Below, one piece after another: positions 52,988 through 64,000 of a stretch of DNA of 64,000 bases. The stretch covers positions 2,598,165 to 2,662,164 of the forward strand of contig CAJFCJ010000005.1 of NCBI GenBank assembly GCA_904063045.1, read 5' to 3'. Every line of letters starts with the position of its first letter. Position 1 is the first letter of the stretch. Position numbers and translations under genes: made by a program. The notes below the pieces were generated by a model. That model searched no databases, was not told the origin of the DNA, and saw nothing but the letters and a program-made list of their open reading frames with translations. The stretch comes from Dimorphilus gyrociliatus (Eukaryota > Animalia > Annelida).

Positions 52988-53629
52988 ATGGATGGTGAAT
53001 TAGTGGAAGAAAATATCTCCATACCGGAGAAGAAATACGAATGTAAGCAATCGAAATTTCCATTAAATCTTACTTAAAAAACGTAATTACATGTTTCATA
53101 ATAGATCTAGACCACACAGCAGACGTTCAGTAAGTTAATATACATAACTATATTGAGCATGCTGTTTCACAAATAACTCTCCTTATAGGTTACATGCATG
53201 GGGAAAGGATTTAAAAGAGGCTTTCGAACAATGTGCCATGGCTATGTTTGGTTACATGACAACAATAGAGTCTGTCGAACTAAAAGAAGTTAGGGAAATT
53301 CATGCAGAGGGAGACGATATGGAGTCATTGCTTTTTCATTTTCTTGATGAATTTCTCTTTATTTTCTCATGCGAACCGTATTTTATCATTCGCGTATGTA
53401 AAAGAACCTCCAACCGTAATATAAGATACTGATAAGAAATATTTTAAAGGTCGTCGAAATAACTAAATTTGATACCGAAAACTTCAAAATCGATGCTGTT
53501 GGCTACGGTGAAGAGTTCGATCTGCAGAAACATCCTCAGGGCACCGAAGTAAAAGCCATTACCTACTCGGCTATGCAGATACACGAAGAGTTAGATAAAA
53601 GTGAGGTTTATGTCATTATAGATATTTAG
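52988..53629 (+). CDS. ZBTB8OS: Archease (tRNA ligase cofactor), 4 exons
   Basis: YEYLDHTADVQLHAWG, AFEQCAMAMFGYMT, HPQGTEVKAITYSAMQI, C-terminal VYVIIDI*. Confidence 0.95.
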
Positions 53630-53766
53630 ACATTATTTAGAAGAACCAAGATTTTTCTTTGTATTTTATTAATAAATAAGCAAATTCCTTAGGCACGCAT
53701 ACACTAGAATCTAAATGTTTGCGTTTAAATGAGTACAAAACAAACAAACTTTATTACGAAATCGAA

Positions 53767-55458
53767 TTAGGCTTCATTTTCTACTACGACTTCCTGGGTC
53801 TTCTCTTCCTTTTCGCCTTCACTCAATCTCTGTTTGGTTTTGCGAGAAATTTCCACAATTGGTTTGCATCCGTTTACATCTAAACCATCCAACTTGTCAA
53901 CTGCCTCCTCAGCCTTTGCAGCTTCGAAAAGAAGAAGAAAAGCAGAACGAGTTTGGGGTCTCCAAACAACGTGGACCGGGAGTACACCACGTCCTCTTAC
54001 TTGTTCCTTAAGCTCCGAAACGCGAACGTCACGGGAAATCTTTCCTAACCAAACAGCGTACATAGGTTGTCGATTCTTTTTCTTTGCATCGCTATTTTCT
54101 TTGTTTTCCTTATTCTCTTTGCCGTCTTTCATTTCCTTATCATCGGTTCTACGACGAGGGCGTTTTTGATACTTTCTTTTGGGAATATCTTTTTTCTCGT
54201 TGTCCTCACCCTGTTGGGCATTCGAATTTTCGTTTTCTTCAAGTCGTTGTCCTTTTTTTTTGAGAAATCGGCGTTTAAAAACTTTTCGATTTCTCTTCTT
54301 CATTTCACCGTTTCCTTGTTCACCTTCGTTTTCCTTGTTCTCGTAATTTCGTCTACGAATCGATTTCTTTTCTGGAGTAATGATTTCATCATCGGGATCA
54401 ACTTCTCCTTGATCAACCAACTTGACATCTTTACCATCAGCCTTTTCCTTTTCACGTAATTGTTTCAAAATTCCTGTTGCTCTATATTTCTCTACAGTCA
54501 AAATGCTCCAATCAATTTTCGGCGTTGGTCTCTCCTTGCGAGGTTTTACTTCGATAACTTGCGTTGGAGTGACAATCATATCGACACCAAAATCATGGGG
54601 TTGAACCAAAGATTCCGGAATGTCAATTACTTGACTCTCGTGAACGACAGTCACAATAAGCGTTTCCGGAGTAATTGCTCCAACCGTTCCCAACAGAGCA
54701 TATTCAAGATCAGCAAAACCTTCTCCCTTGCCAATACGAACACCAGTCGGAGAAACAGCAACAGAACCGACAACCAACAGATCAAGTTTCACGTTGGTAT
54801 CAAGGCCGATTTGAGTCTTATAATGTTTCAACCCCTGTGAAAGGACTCATATTACACCTCTACTCACATGAAAAAAAGTTGTACATGAACAAGCATTTTT
54901 TTTTAACTTACAATGGTGGAAGAACATGTTCTAAGGACTTTCTTGTTTGCATTTGCAGGTGGTTCAATTCGGTTAAACAGCCCACGTGCTAAACGCGGAG
55001 TTGGGACTAGCAGAGTCTTGTTGCATTCCAACGTTCTAAATCTTATTTGTTGTTGCGGTTTATCAGGGTTAACCTTGATAATGTTGGCCTTCGTGAATAC
55101 TTCTAATTCGGCTAACTTGTCGCATGCAGCGGCAGAAGTCTATGAAATTTAAAAAAATTCAATAAAAGGACGAATATGTCGATAAATTGAATATTAGATA
55201 TGTTAATATTCAAGGACATACGTACTTTAAAGTTAGGAATACGGTTCTTAACGGGAATAGGATTGGCAGCAATATCGTTGCTTTCAAAATGTTCCCAAAC
55301 TTTTTCTCTAATAGCTTGTTTCGAAACTTCTGAAATATAACTTATCAGTAGTTCATGTCATACATTACAATATATAAGTATTTAAGTTAAAATAACTTAC
55401 CAGCCCCCATTTTACTGGCGGCATCCAGTAGTACATTACCATCTTCTACAGAAGCCAT
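53767..55458 (-). CDS. MTHFSD: Methenyltetrahydrofolate synthetase domain-containing protein (5-FTHF cyclo-ligase domain + RRM)
   Basis: VSKQAIREKVW...RIPNFK, IKVNPDKPQQ, LLVPTPRL, DLLVVGSVAVSPTGVRIGKGEGFADLEY, charged linker, C-terminal RRM (VWLGKISRDVRVSEL...AFLLF). Confidence 0.93.
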
Positions 55459-55911
55459 AGTTCACTGTGAAGTGTGAAAATTAACTGATCAGTAATCACT
55501 CAAACGTCGACAATTGACACGTGACCAAAAGTTGTCACAAAAAAAAGACGACGACTCTAAAACCGCTTTGAAGTGAGTTCAACGGACCGCCCCTTTTCAA
55601 CGGTTTAATAAAACTCAACTCTAAAGCTTGCGGTTATTTTTTGTATACATCAAACCTTAACTGTAGAAATTTACCCTTAATTTAGAAGAAAAATTCCTGC
55701 AACACCTCACCTTTCACAACGGTTCTTAACAGCTAGCAGACGGAAAAACGTGTGAAGTTTCAACGTTATTTCCGTAAAAACTTGAAAACTTTACGTAGCG
55801 TTTTCTTGACGTTATATATTTGACGTCATTTTAAAAAAATAACTTTTATAGGCTTATAAAGCAAGTGATAAACCAATTGACGCTTACTTTCCGAAGCGCG
55901 TTGTAGTAATT
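55459..55911. promoter_or_regulatory. Bidirectional promoter MTHFSD / HMGCL with CRE and E-box motifs
   Basis: Divergent ATGs about 450 nt apart; palindromic TGACGTCA at 55821..55828; CACGTG at 55518..55523. Function of the motifs is inferred. Confidence 0.5.
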
Positions 55912-58548
55912 ATGATGAACAGTGCTGCCCGTGTTTTTTCTAATAAATTTCACAGCCTTCTCTTAAAATGTCTTCAGAGAAACTGTGCATCGGTTTGTCT
56001 TTATTATATTTACCTTTATGAATTTTTGTAAACATTTTATCTAATATAATTTTTTTCGGAAATATAATTAAAAATTTTGAGCGATAATAGCAAAACGTTA
56101 ATATTCAGGTCGCGGGATTTCCCTCTTTTGTGAAAGTTGTCGAAGTAGGACCAAGAGATGGCTTACAAAATGAGAAAGAAATTATTCCAACTGAAGTTAA
56201 AGTTGAATTCATAAACAAACTATCATCAAGTGGACTGTCAGTGATTGAATGTACAAGTTTTGTTTCACCTAAATGGGTACCCCAAATGGCTGATCACAAT
56301 GATGTTATGAAGAAAATATCTAGGAATAAGTCTGTTAAATATACTGTTCTTACACCAAATAAACAAGGATATATTTCAGCTGTTAGTATATAATTTTTTA
56401 TCAAAATTATATAATCAAAGAGAAAGATTAATTATAATTTATCTGAATTTCATTGTTCATCTTTTATTTGTTCTTCCTATCACAGAAAGCTGTAAATTCG
56501 GATGAAGTTGCTGTATTTGGAACGGCATCAGAATCCTTTAGTAGGTGAATATTCGAAAAACTAGAATGCAAGACCATACCGATAAATCATTGTCTATTAT
56601 TGAGGTCAATTAATTCTGTTTTATTGATACAGAAAGAATATTAATTGTTCAATAGACGAATCTTTGAAAAGGTTCACAGATGTTGTAGATTCGGCTAAAT
56701 CTGATAATATACCGGTGAGGGGATATGTGTCTTGCGTTGTTGGTTGTCCATACGAGGGTTTCATTGAACCAGTTAAAGTTGCTGAAGTTGCTGAAAAAAT
56801 GTTCCAGATGGGATGTTACGAAATATCTCTTGGTGACACTACTGGAATTGGTATTGAAACTTTAAATCGTAATTACATAATAGATGAATTGATAATTTTT
56901 AATTATTTAGGAACACCGCAAAGATTCAAAGACATGTTGAAAGCTGTTAGCCAAAGAGTACCTATTGAAAGACTAGCAGTTCATTGCCATGATACATACG
57001 GGCAAGCTATCGCTAATATTTTTGCTGCCCTGCAGGTAACAATATCAAATATATGCTGGCAATTAAATTTTCAATAGGGATAATAATTAATTTCAGATGG
57101 GTGTTAGCGTGGTTGATAGTTCAGTTTCCGGTTTAGGAGGATGCCCGTACGCAAAAGGTGCCAGCGGAAATGTATCGACTGAAGATGTTATCTATCTATT
57201 GAATGGCTTAGGCCTAAAACACGTGAGTCTATTATTCAACAGGAAAATTGAATAGAAGTTAGCTAAAACGCATATGCTACACCCCGTTCAATCGTATTCC
57301 ATTGTCATCGGATTAGTATTTCCCTAACTACAATGAATTTTTTATAAGGGCTAGCCGTGTAATTAAAAAAAAAACACACATATAGACACTTTTTTCATAC
57401 AGTCCTTATTATAACTACCACCACCGCCACTACCAATATCGTTTTTTTCTATCATTTTGCCTTTTTTTTTATAAGGATAATTATAAATAATTGTATTATA
57501 TAATGGTAAGAGAATCTTGTAAAGATGCTTATCAATTTTAATAATTATATATTGTAATACGTAGTCGGAGGTAAATGAATTGTCAGAGGAAAGATTAACA
57601 GGTTTGTAAGAATGTAGAATGAAAATGATATTTTGTAGCAAAAGTAAATTTTTGAATAGAATTTAAAGAAGCGTTTATGCTATTCGATAAAGATAAGGAC
57701 GGAGTTGTTTCTATGAAAGAGTTAGGTAGTGTTATGAGATTATTAGGCCAAAATCCAACAGAGGCCGAGCTTCAGGACATGATGAACGAAATTGACGCAG
57801 ACGGTTAAATTTTTTTTGTCTATTCTTTTATTTAGGTTGTTTATTAAATAGATTTAAAACTACTCAATAATAACATCTTCTACTTGTTTTTGACAAGTAG
57901 AAGAACAATCAACAACAGCAAAAAAAAACCCTAAGTTTTTAACCAAATTAATTAGTTCGTTATTTTTTTTAAATGTTAAATTAGGGAATGGAGCTATCGA
58001 TTTTGAAGAATTTCTTGAAATGCTCACAAAAAAAATGACAGAAAGTAGCGAAGAAGATGAAATAAAAGAAGCTTTTAAAGTATTTGATAAAAATTCTGAT
58101 GGTGTTATATCCTTTGACGAATTACGTCACGTACTTATAAATTTAGGCGAAAATATTAAAGACGATGACGTAGCCGAAATAATTAAGGCTGTCATTACGT
58201 CCGATGACGATATTAGTGAAGGTATTCGCTATGAAGATTTCAGGCGGATGGTCAAATCTGGCGGTTGTAGCACTTTTATTCAATTTACATTAAAAAAAGA
58301 CAAAAACAACATTGAATTTTTCTCTCTCTCAATAATATTAATAATAAAGATAGAAAAAAGAAGGAAAAATTCAATAATTTTTACCATTCTTCTTTTTCAG
58401 TTCTCATATTTATCTATTATTTTTTGTCTTTTCTCAGGGAATCGACATTAAACGAATTATTGAAGCTGGACAATTTATAAACAAACATTTGAATAGGCCT
58501 ACGCAATCGAAAGTTGCTCGTGCTATGATTTCTCAGTCTCATTTATGA
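55912..58548 (+). CDS. HMGCL: Hydroxymethylglutaryl-CoA lyase, multi-exon; last exon 58438..58548
   Basis: Transit-peptide-like [13 protein letters not shown]; [12 protein letters not shown]; [13 protein letters not shown]; EISLGDT; [10 protein letters not shown]; [14 protein letters not shown]. Terminal exon [29 protein letters not shown] follows intron 57223..58437 (phase 0). Confidence 0.93.
57504..58451 (+). CDS. Calmodulin-like EF-hand protein nested in the HMGCL last intron
   Basis: ATG-only first exon 57504-57506, then exons from 57565, 57661 and 57985. EF1 [14 protein letters not shown]2 [14 protein letters not shown]3 [12 protein letters not shown]; EF4 is degenerate. Contains [12 protein letters not shown]. 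The 3' end is uncertain. Confidence 0.85.
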
Positions 58549-58582
58549 CGATCTTTTTTCATTTAAATTTACATTATTAAAT

Positions 58583-58585
<3 letters not shown>

Positions 58586-58625
<40 letters not shown>

Positions 58626-58626
58626 G

Positions 58627-58650
<24 letters not shown>
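58586..58650. repeat. (TA)n microsatellite
   Basis: Long TA run with one interruption. Confidence 0.9.
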
Positions 58651-58657
<7 letters not shown>

Positions 58658-58720
58658 CATGTATAAATATATATATACATATATGTATAGTGATATATAT
58701 ATTAAGAGATCATTGAATGC

Positions 58721-60097
58721 ATGGTTTACGTCTTATGCATATACACATTTAGTTTGTTTACAAGTTTATTATCATTGGAATTAAGTGGAATTTATAATTT
58801 GTTTAATCAAGAAATTAACATTCAACATTTTGAAATAGATCAACAGTTACGATGTACTGAAAATTCAAATTGCTCATCCATATTTTTCTTTAATATTTCA
58901 TATAATAATTTTGGTCGTGTACCCCCATTAAAACCATTTGACAATATCATCATTTTATCTTTGGCTAATTGTAGTATTAAAAGAATTGATAGGAATGTAA
59001 CATTCCCAAATAAATTAAGAAAACTATATCTTGATCGTAATCCTCTATTGTCGTTATCTTATCAACCATTTTTAAAGCTTGGACTATTGCAAACAATGAC
59101 GTTGAGACAAGTTTTATCGATAACTGACAAGTTGGAATATAAACCAAGAAAAAGTTATCATAAAATATTGGATGATGTCACAAAGATTTGCTTCGAGTTG
59201 TATAGAAATTTCAAAAATTCCCCCGTTCAGTATAAATTACGGATTGATTTAAGAATGAATGGCTTAAATGGATTTTGGTCCTCAATCCATAATTTAATAG
59301 ATAGTACAAGAACGTCGAAATTCGGAATTGAATTAATGGTTGATGAAACTTTTAGGTATACAGCTAAACGCTGGAATAATACTGATAAGAGTATAAACTT
59401 CATCTCGGAACAATCAAGAAGATGTCCTTCTAATTCTAAAGTTCACTTGAAAATTAATTATTACGAACCAGTTGATGAGAACGCGGTTTTTAAATGTAAA
59501 GCTACTGGCTGCTTAGCTACAGATCCCGAAATTTGGACGCAAATTCAAGTTGAGAGTAATAAATACATAAACAGGATTGCTTGTAACTTTGATCGTAATA
59601 TATCAATGCTAAAGTCAGATAGTCTAGAAATCATAAGGACAGCATCGTCGTCAGCCTTAACGTGTAAGATACCGCTAAGCAGCATCGGCGAAAATGATTG
59701 TTTCGCCTGCCATCATAAACAACCGTTATCAACTACAATTTGTAGTACATATCTAAATAAAAAGAAATTCAGCAATGACATACTTTTTCTCACTGCAACT
59801 AGCTTTCTAATATTCCTGTCAATTCTTATTTTCACATTGTTTTTCTGCGATAAAAGAGGTAGACGAAAGATTCGACGACGTTTCTGGATGTGGAAACAAA
59901 AGGGTGAAAGCCACCGACGAACTACAGCAACAACAAAGCCACAATCAGATAATCAAGAATCATCGTCACAGAGTTCCGGAGACTCTTGTTCGGAATATAG
60001 ACAAACAATTTATCATAATATGTCAGTTTGTAAATTTAATGAGACAATATTTGAAAAGTATTGTAATTACGATAGAAAGCAAGCAGAAAAGTTTTAA
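58721..60097 (+). CDS. Single-exon LRR + Ig-like + TM receptor-like protein
   Basis: Signal peptide; LRRs IIILSLANCSIKRI and LRKLYLDRNPLLSL; Ig-like AVFKCKATG...W...LTC; TM ILFLTATSFLIFLSILIFTLFFC followed by a basic stop-transfer segment. Confidence 0.65.
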   Translation: MVYVLCIYTFSLFTSLLSLELSGIYNLFNQEINIQHFEIDQQLRCTENSNCSSIFFFNISYNNFGRVPPLKPFDNIIILSLANCSIKRIDRNVTFPNKLRKLYLDRNPLLSLSYQPFLKLGLLQTMTLRQVLSITDKLEYKPRKSYHKILDDVTKICFELYRNFKNSPVQYKLRIDLRMNGLNGFWSSIHNLIDSTRTSKFGIELMVDETFRYTAKRWNNTDKSINFISEQSRRCPSNSKVHLKINYYEPVDENAVFKCKATGCLATDPEIWTQIQVESNKYINRIACNFDRNISMLKSDSLEIIRTASSSALTCKIPLSSIGENDCFACHHKQPLSTTICSTYLNKKKFSNDILFLTATSFLIFLSILIFTLFFCDKRGRRKIRRRFWMWKQKGESHRRTTATTKPQSDNQESSSQSSGDSCSEYRQTIYHNMSVCKFNETIFEKYCNYDRKQAEKF

Positions 60098-60328
60098 TTT
60101 ATTGAAAGAATTATATACAGTAGTATAGATATATATATATATAGTAAATTCATATTGAATAAAATATAAACGGAAATATAGTCTAATTCTCTTCCTCTTT
60201 TACCGCCTAGTCACGTCTTTATGAAAAGAACGAAACTAGAAGGGAAAATAGGCATGAATCAGGGGAATTTTTGAAGCAACTTTTTATTTTATATGTAGAC
60301 AGGCTGTAAATAACCAACGGCTAACATC

Positions 60329-61997
60329 ATGATTTCCTTTTCTATGACTTTTTGCCTTATTTTTGTATTACTTTTAATTAATGGAATAATATCAAAATCA
60401 GTAAAGATATGTTTTAGTTCTTCAAAACCTCCGACGTTCTTGCAATGTCAAGGAAATACGATTATAAAATTAAATACAGCGATTTTGGCTCATAGTCCCA
60501 ATTATGAGAATGATGGACAAACTTGTCCAAGATCCACTACTGATTGTTTGTAAGTATACCATTTTCTGTAGTGTAAGAAAAGAGAAATATTCAATGTTCA
60601 GTATAGACAGTATATACAGTATATACTGTGCCTTATGTGAACATCGTCGATGTGTCATCGCTATGAGATTTAAAGGGTGACGAATAAAACAAATGATAAT
60701 TTATATAATCAGGGCTCAGATGAAACACCATTAGCACTGTATATTCTGTTGTCTATTTTTCGTTTTATTTCTTTTTGCAGTACTACAGCTGAGTACATTT
60801 ATACCCTTTGCCAATCAAGACAATCTTGTTCTATAGAGACAAATGCTCAAATGTCTGTTGCACTCCGTGATTGTAAACCTAAGATTACGTCTAGTAATTA
60901 TTTGTATATTGAATACGATTGTGAGGATGGTAAGGAATTAATGACATTAATTTCAACTGAAAATTTATTTAATTTAGCCGTTTTCTATAATGAATAATGT
61001 ATATTTACACTCTAACATAACAAATATACAAAAAGAAACAATAAATTTATACAGGTAATTCTAATGAGCAGGTTGGACTATGCTCAAATTCATTAAACCA
61101 ATTATCCAGCGGAGACTTAGTTGGTAACGATTGGCCAAATAATACAAAATCTGAGAAGCACTCTTGTTCCTGCAGTATATACCCGCCGTCTTCTTCAAAA
61201 GTAAATCTCTTCTCTGTTCATACTTCGTTAAAAGGTACTGTTGAATGCGAAGAAGAGTTAATAATTAAAAGAGATAATCAAGAAGTGATTAAAGCCTGCT
61301 CCGGAGCGGGCGGTGATCCCTATCAAATATTTAGCTCTTTCTTAATGAGAAATTCATCAGGAGTCATGACCGTTCAACTAACTAGAAAATTTCAAGCGAC
61401 TATCGATACTGGTCGTGTTTGGTTAGAGTTTTCCAGTAAATATTACACATATAAATACACAAACACGTCTATTGAATATTGTTTATAACCTATTTAATTG
61501 CATAATAAATATAACAATAAAATATACAGCTTCCGACAATGAACGGGCAACAATATTATGTGGATCCGCTCAATTTCCTACTACTGTGTCGGAACATACT
61601 ACTGAACCTATCACGCAGAGTAGCGCTGCAAGTACAGCATCAGAAAAAACAAGTCTTGGCACTCATCTGGAAACGGGAACAATTTTCTCGTCTACATCAG
61701 AAGGTCTAGTGACTTCTGTGACGCAAACTTTGATGTTTATAAATAGCTCAACTATTGTAGCTGAAAATGACGAGTTTCAATTAAAGAAGGAAAATAGTAG
61801 CTTATCCATAGGTAGGAAAAACATAACCAATTTGTTACGTTTTTTCTAATTAAGTAATACTAATTGATTATTTATCAACAGGTGGAATTCTTTCCGGTAT
61901 CCTTACAATATTGGGGTTTTGCCTAATCTTGACCATAATGGCTTTTCTAGCATATTTAAATGGTAGAAATGTACTCAAATATAATGAGATGAAGTAA
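60329..61997 (+). CDS. Type I membrane protein: SUEL/rhamnose-binding lectin domain, CUB-like domain, S/T-rich stalk, TM; about 5 exons
   Basis: Signal peptide; CQGNTIIKL...CPRSTTDC|...CQSRQSCSI...SNYLYIEYDC (SUEL-like). Next exon CSCSI...CEEEL...C...GRVWLEF is CUB-like. Then a T/S-rich exon and a TM exon from 61882, stop 61997. Confidence 0.65.
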
Positions 61998-62163
61998 TTT
62001 AATTAGCAATAACTAATAATAGTAAAAAAAACGTTTTAATTAAATTAATATTTCAAGTGAAATATATGCTTTTAAGTTTATTCGAAAGTCAAAAATCCAA
62101 TAATATTGGTATTAATCCTATTTCAAAGATACTTATTAAACTAGATAATGGAATAAAATACAA

Positions 62164-64000
62164 TTAATCACCTTTAGCTTGGTTTGAAGTACCTATCTCG
62201 GAAGCTTTCTTCATAGTGGTTTTTACCAAAATGAACATTATTATCGGTATCGGGCTATAAAAAAGAGAGATTGGTATTATTATCAACGTAAGCAGTATTT
62301 AATTGTATGTATTTGTACTTGAAATGCTCTTGTTTTTTGATAAGTTAATAAACGTCTTGAGACTTTAGAATTAAGTATTTGTTCACAGTTGAATATGCAT
62401 TGCATGGCTTTGTTCTCGGGTATATTTTCTAGTACATACCTATCAAAAATGATCTTACTTTTGACAAGTTAATATTATTAATTATCGATAGTTACTCTTC
62501 CCTATAAACTGGCAGCCAAAAAACAAGTCTACCGCCTATATGTAGGTATTTTGCTGCAAAGAGCAGTAAATCTGATAAAATATCTGTCATCACGTATACC
62601 ATCTTCGTTTGATCGTTTGATCTATAGAAAATATGATTAATTAGCTCAATTACATAAAAAAAATTTAAAGATAATTTTTATGTACAATTTCGTCTCATTA
62701 TTCCCACTTTTCACAGTTGGTTCTCTTATACCATATGGAGCTGAGTGTATATAAGGTATGTATATAAATATAATTAAGTGGTGGATGATAGTCCACTTCA
62801 GAATGAAAATAATACAAACGATCTGTTACTATAGCATCAAACATTGTATCTTTAATATTCCACATAGCTTGTTTTGAAGTGTCCGCGATAAGTACGTCAA
62901 AATAACGATTATCTAATCCGTATTGTTTTAAATTACCCCTAACAGTTTCGTCTCTATCTCTCCATTTTTGACCTTTTCTACTGGATTTACCTTTAAAAAG
63001 TATTAACGTTTGAAAATTACAATTATTGATAAAATTTTAATTACCTCTGCCGGAAAGTAATTTTTTATCGATATCACAACCAGACACGAAAGCACCATGT
63101 TTAGCGCAGGCAACTAATAAACTACCTGGGAAGATATAAATGATTTTTAGTTCAAAAGAAAACAAAAAGAATCAATGAAGATTCTATCAAGGAATTAAAA
63201 ACAAAGAGGAGGGGAAAAAAAACCTGTTCCGACAAATGGATCATATATAAAACCTCCAGACTTTGATTGTGAAATATTAGAGATAATAAAGGATAATTCT
63301 GCGTCCATACTAGTATTTCCTGATAAATTATTCAACAACCAATATAATAATATTGTTATTTTTATTGAAATTCGATGACTTACCTATAACTTTTCTTTTA
63401 CTTAAATGAAAATCTTTTATTGAATTTCTATCGCTATCGCATATCTAAATTTATTTATACAGTTTATCAATTAATAAACTATATACAGTATATAAATTAT
63501 ATCAAATAGACTTACAAATCTACCAAAATACATTCTATCCAAAATAGGTATCGACGTTTCACGTTTATCTTTGTAGCATTCGATTAAATGGAATACTTTT
63601 TCCGGATTTTTTAAATTAACTTTTCCATTTATTGGATAACTTTCTAAGAAATTCTAGGAAAGAGGAAGGGAGGGAAAAAATAAGAAATGTTCTTTTTTTT
63701 TAATATCCAAGCAAAGAAATATTCCATTAAAAATAAACTCACATCAATTTTTATGACTTTTTCTTGTAAATCAATATTGTGATTAGAGGAATGGAATTTT
63801 ACCGAAAATGACGTTTTCTCATTCTTAACATATGGTTCCTAAAATGTGGTAAAATATGACGGGAAAATAATTTTAATGCACTTAGTAGTTTATTTGCCTT
63901 ACTGTTATTTCTTTAGGTAAATTTTCTATTTCTGATTTAACTTCATCTATAGTTTTTCCACTGCCCCAATATTCGATTACGTTTCTAGGAAATAGTAATA
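62164..64000 (-). CDS. TRMT11: tRNA (guanine10-N2)-methyltransferase, 5'-partial (continues beyond the window)
   Basis: Spliced exons give GKVNLKNPE, IGNTSMDAELS, YDPFVGTGSLLVACA, GCDID, FDAIVTDPPYGIRE, GGRLVFWLP, SRRLLT. Confidence 0.92.

Noticed and set aside
52988-53629. Archease, TRMT11 and an intron-containing tRNA in one window suggesting a tRNA-processing cluster
   Set aside because: They are 10-55 kb apart with unrelated genes between them. Eukaryotic co-location at this scale is expected by chance.
53834-54992. Several overlapping plus-strand ORFs
   Set aside because: Antisense shadows of the low-complexity MTHFSD exon.

Overview
AT-rich, gene-dense animal DNA with very short GT-AG introns (mostly about 50-75 nt). 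This fits a compact lophotrochozoan genome such as a small annelid; the taxon is inferred, not shown. The first 17 kb holds mostly single-exon, lineage-specific-looking genes: two TRIM-type RING/B-box genes, a peptide GPCR, a YWTD-propeller/EGF/ITIH-C-terminal protein, an intron-containing tRNA-Arg(TCT), a RING-coiled-coil-propeller pair, a stand-alone RING and three PAN/apple paralogs. The rest is mostly conserved genes: a damaged SLC25A45-like carrier, TMEM245, cyclin Y, a myosin-domain chitin synthase, an SLC22 transporter, a domesticated pogo-family gene, CCDC150-like, WBP4, archease, MTHFSD, HMGCL, a calmodulin-like gene, two single-pass receptors and a partial TRMT11. Three observations stand out. 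(1) The whole chitin synthase, whose myosin head looks catalytically dead, sits antisense in a 7.6-kb intron of a TSP1/Ig membrane-protein gene. (2) A calmodulin-like gene is nested on the same strand in the last intron of HMGCL and may share its terminal exon in another frame. (3) A secreted propeller protein carries the ITIH-type Asp-Pro-His cleavage/glycan-ligation module. All gene models were built by eye and none is confirmed by transcript data or database search.
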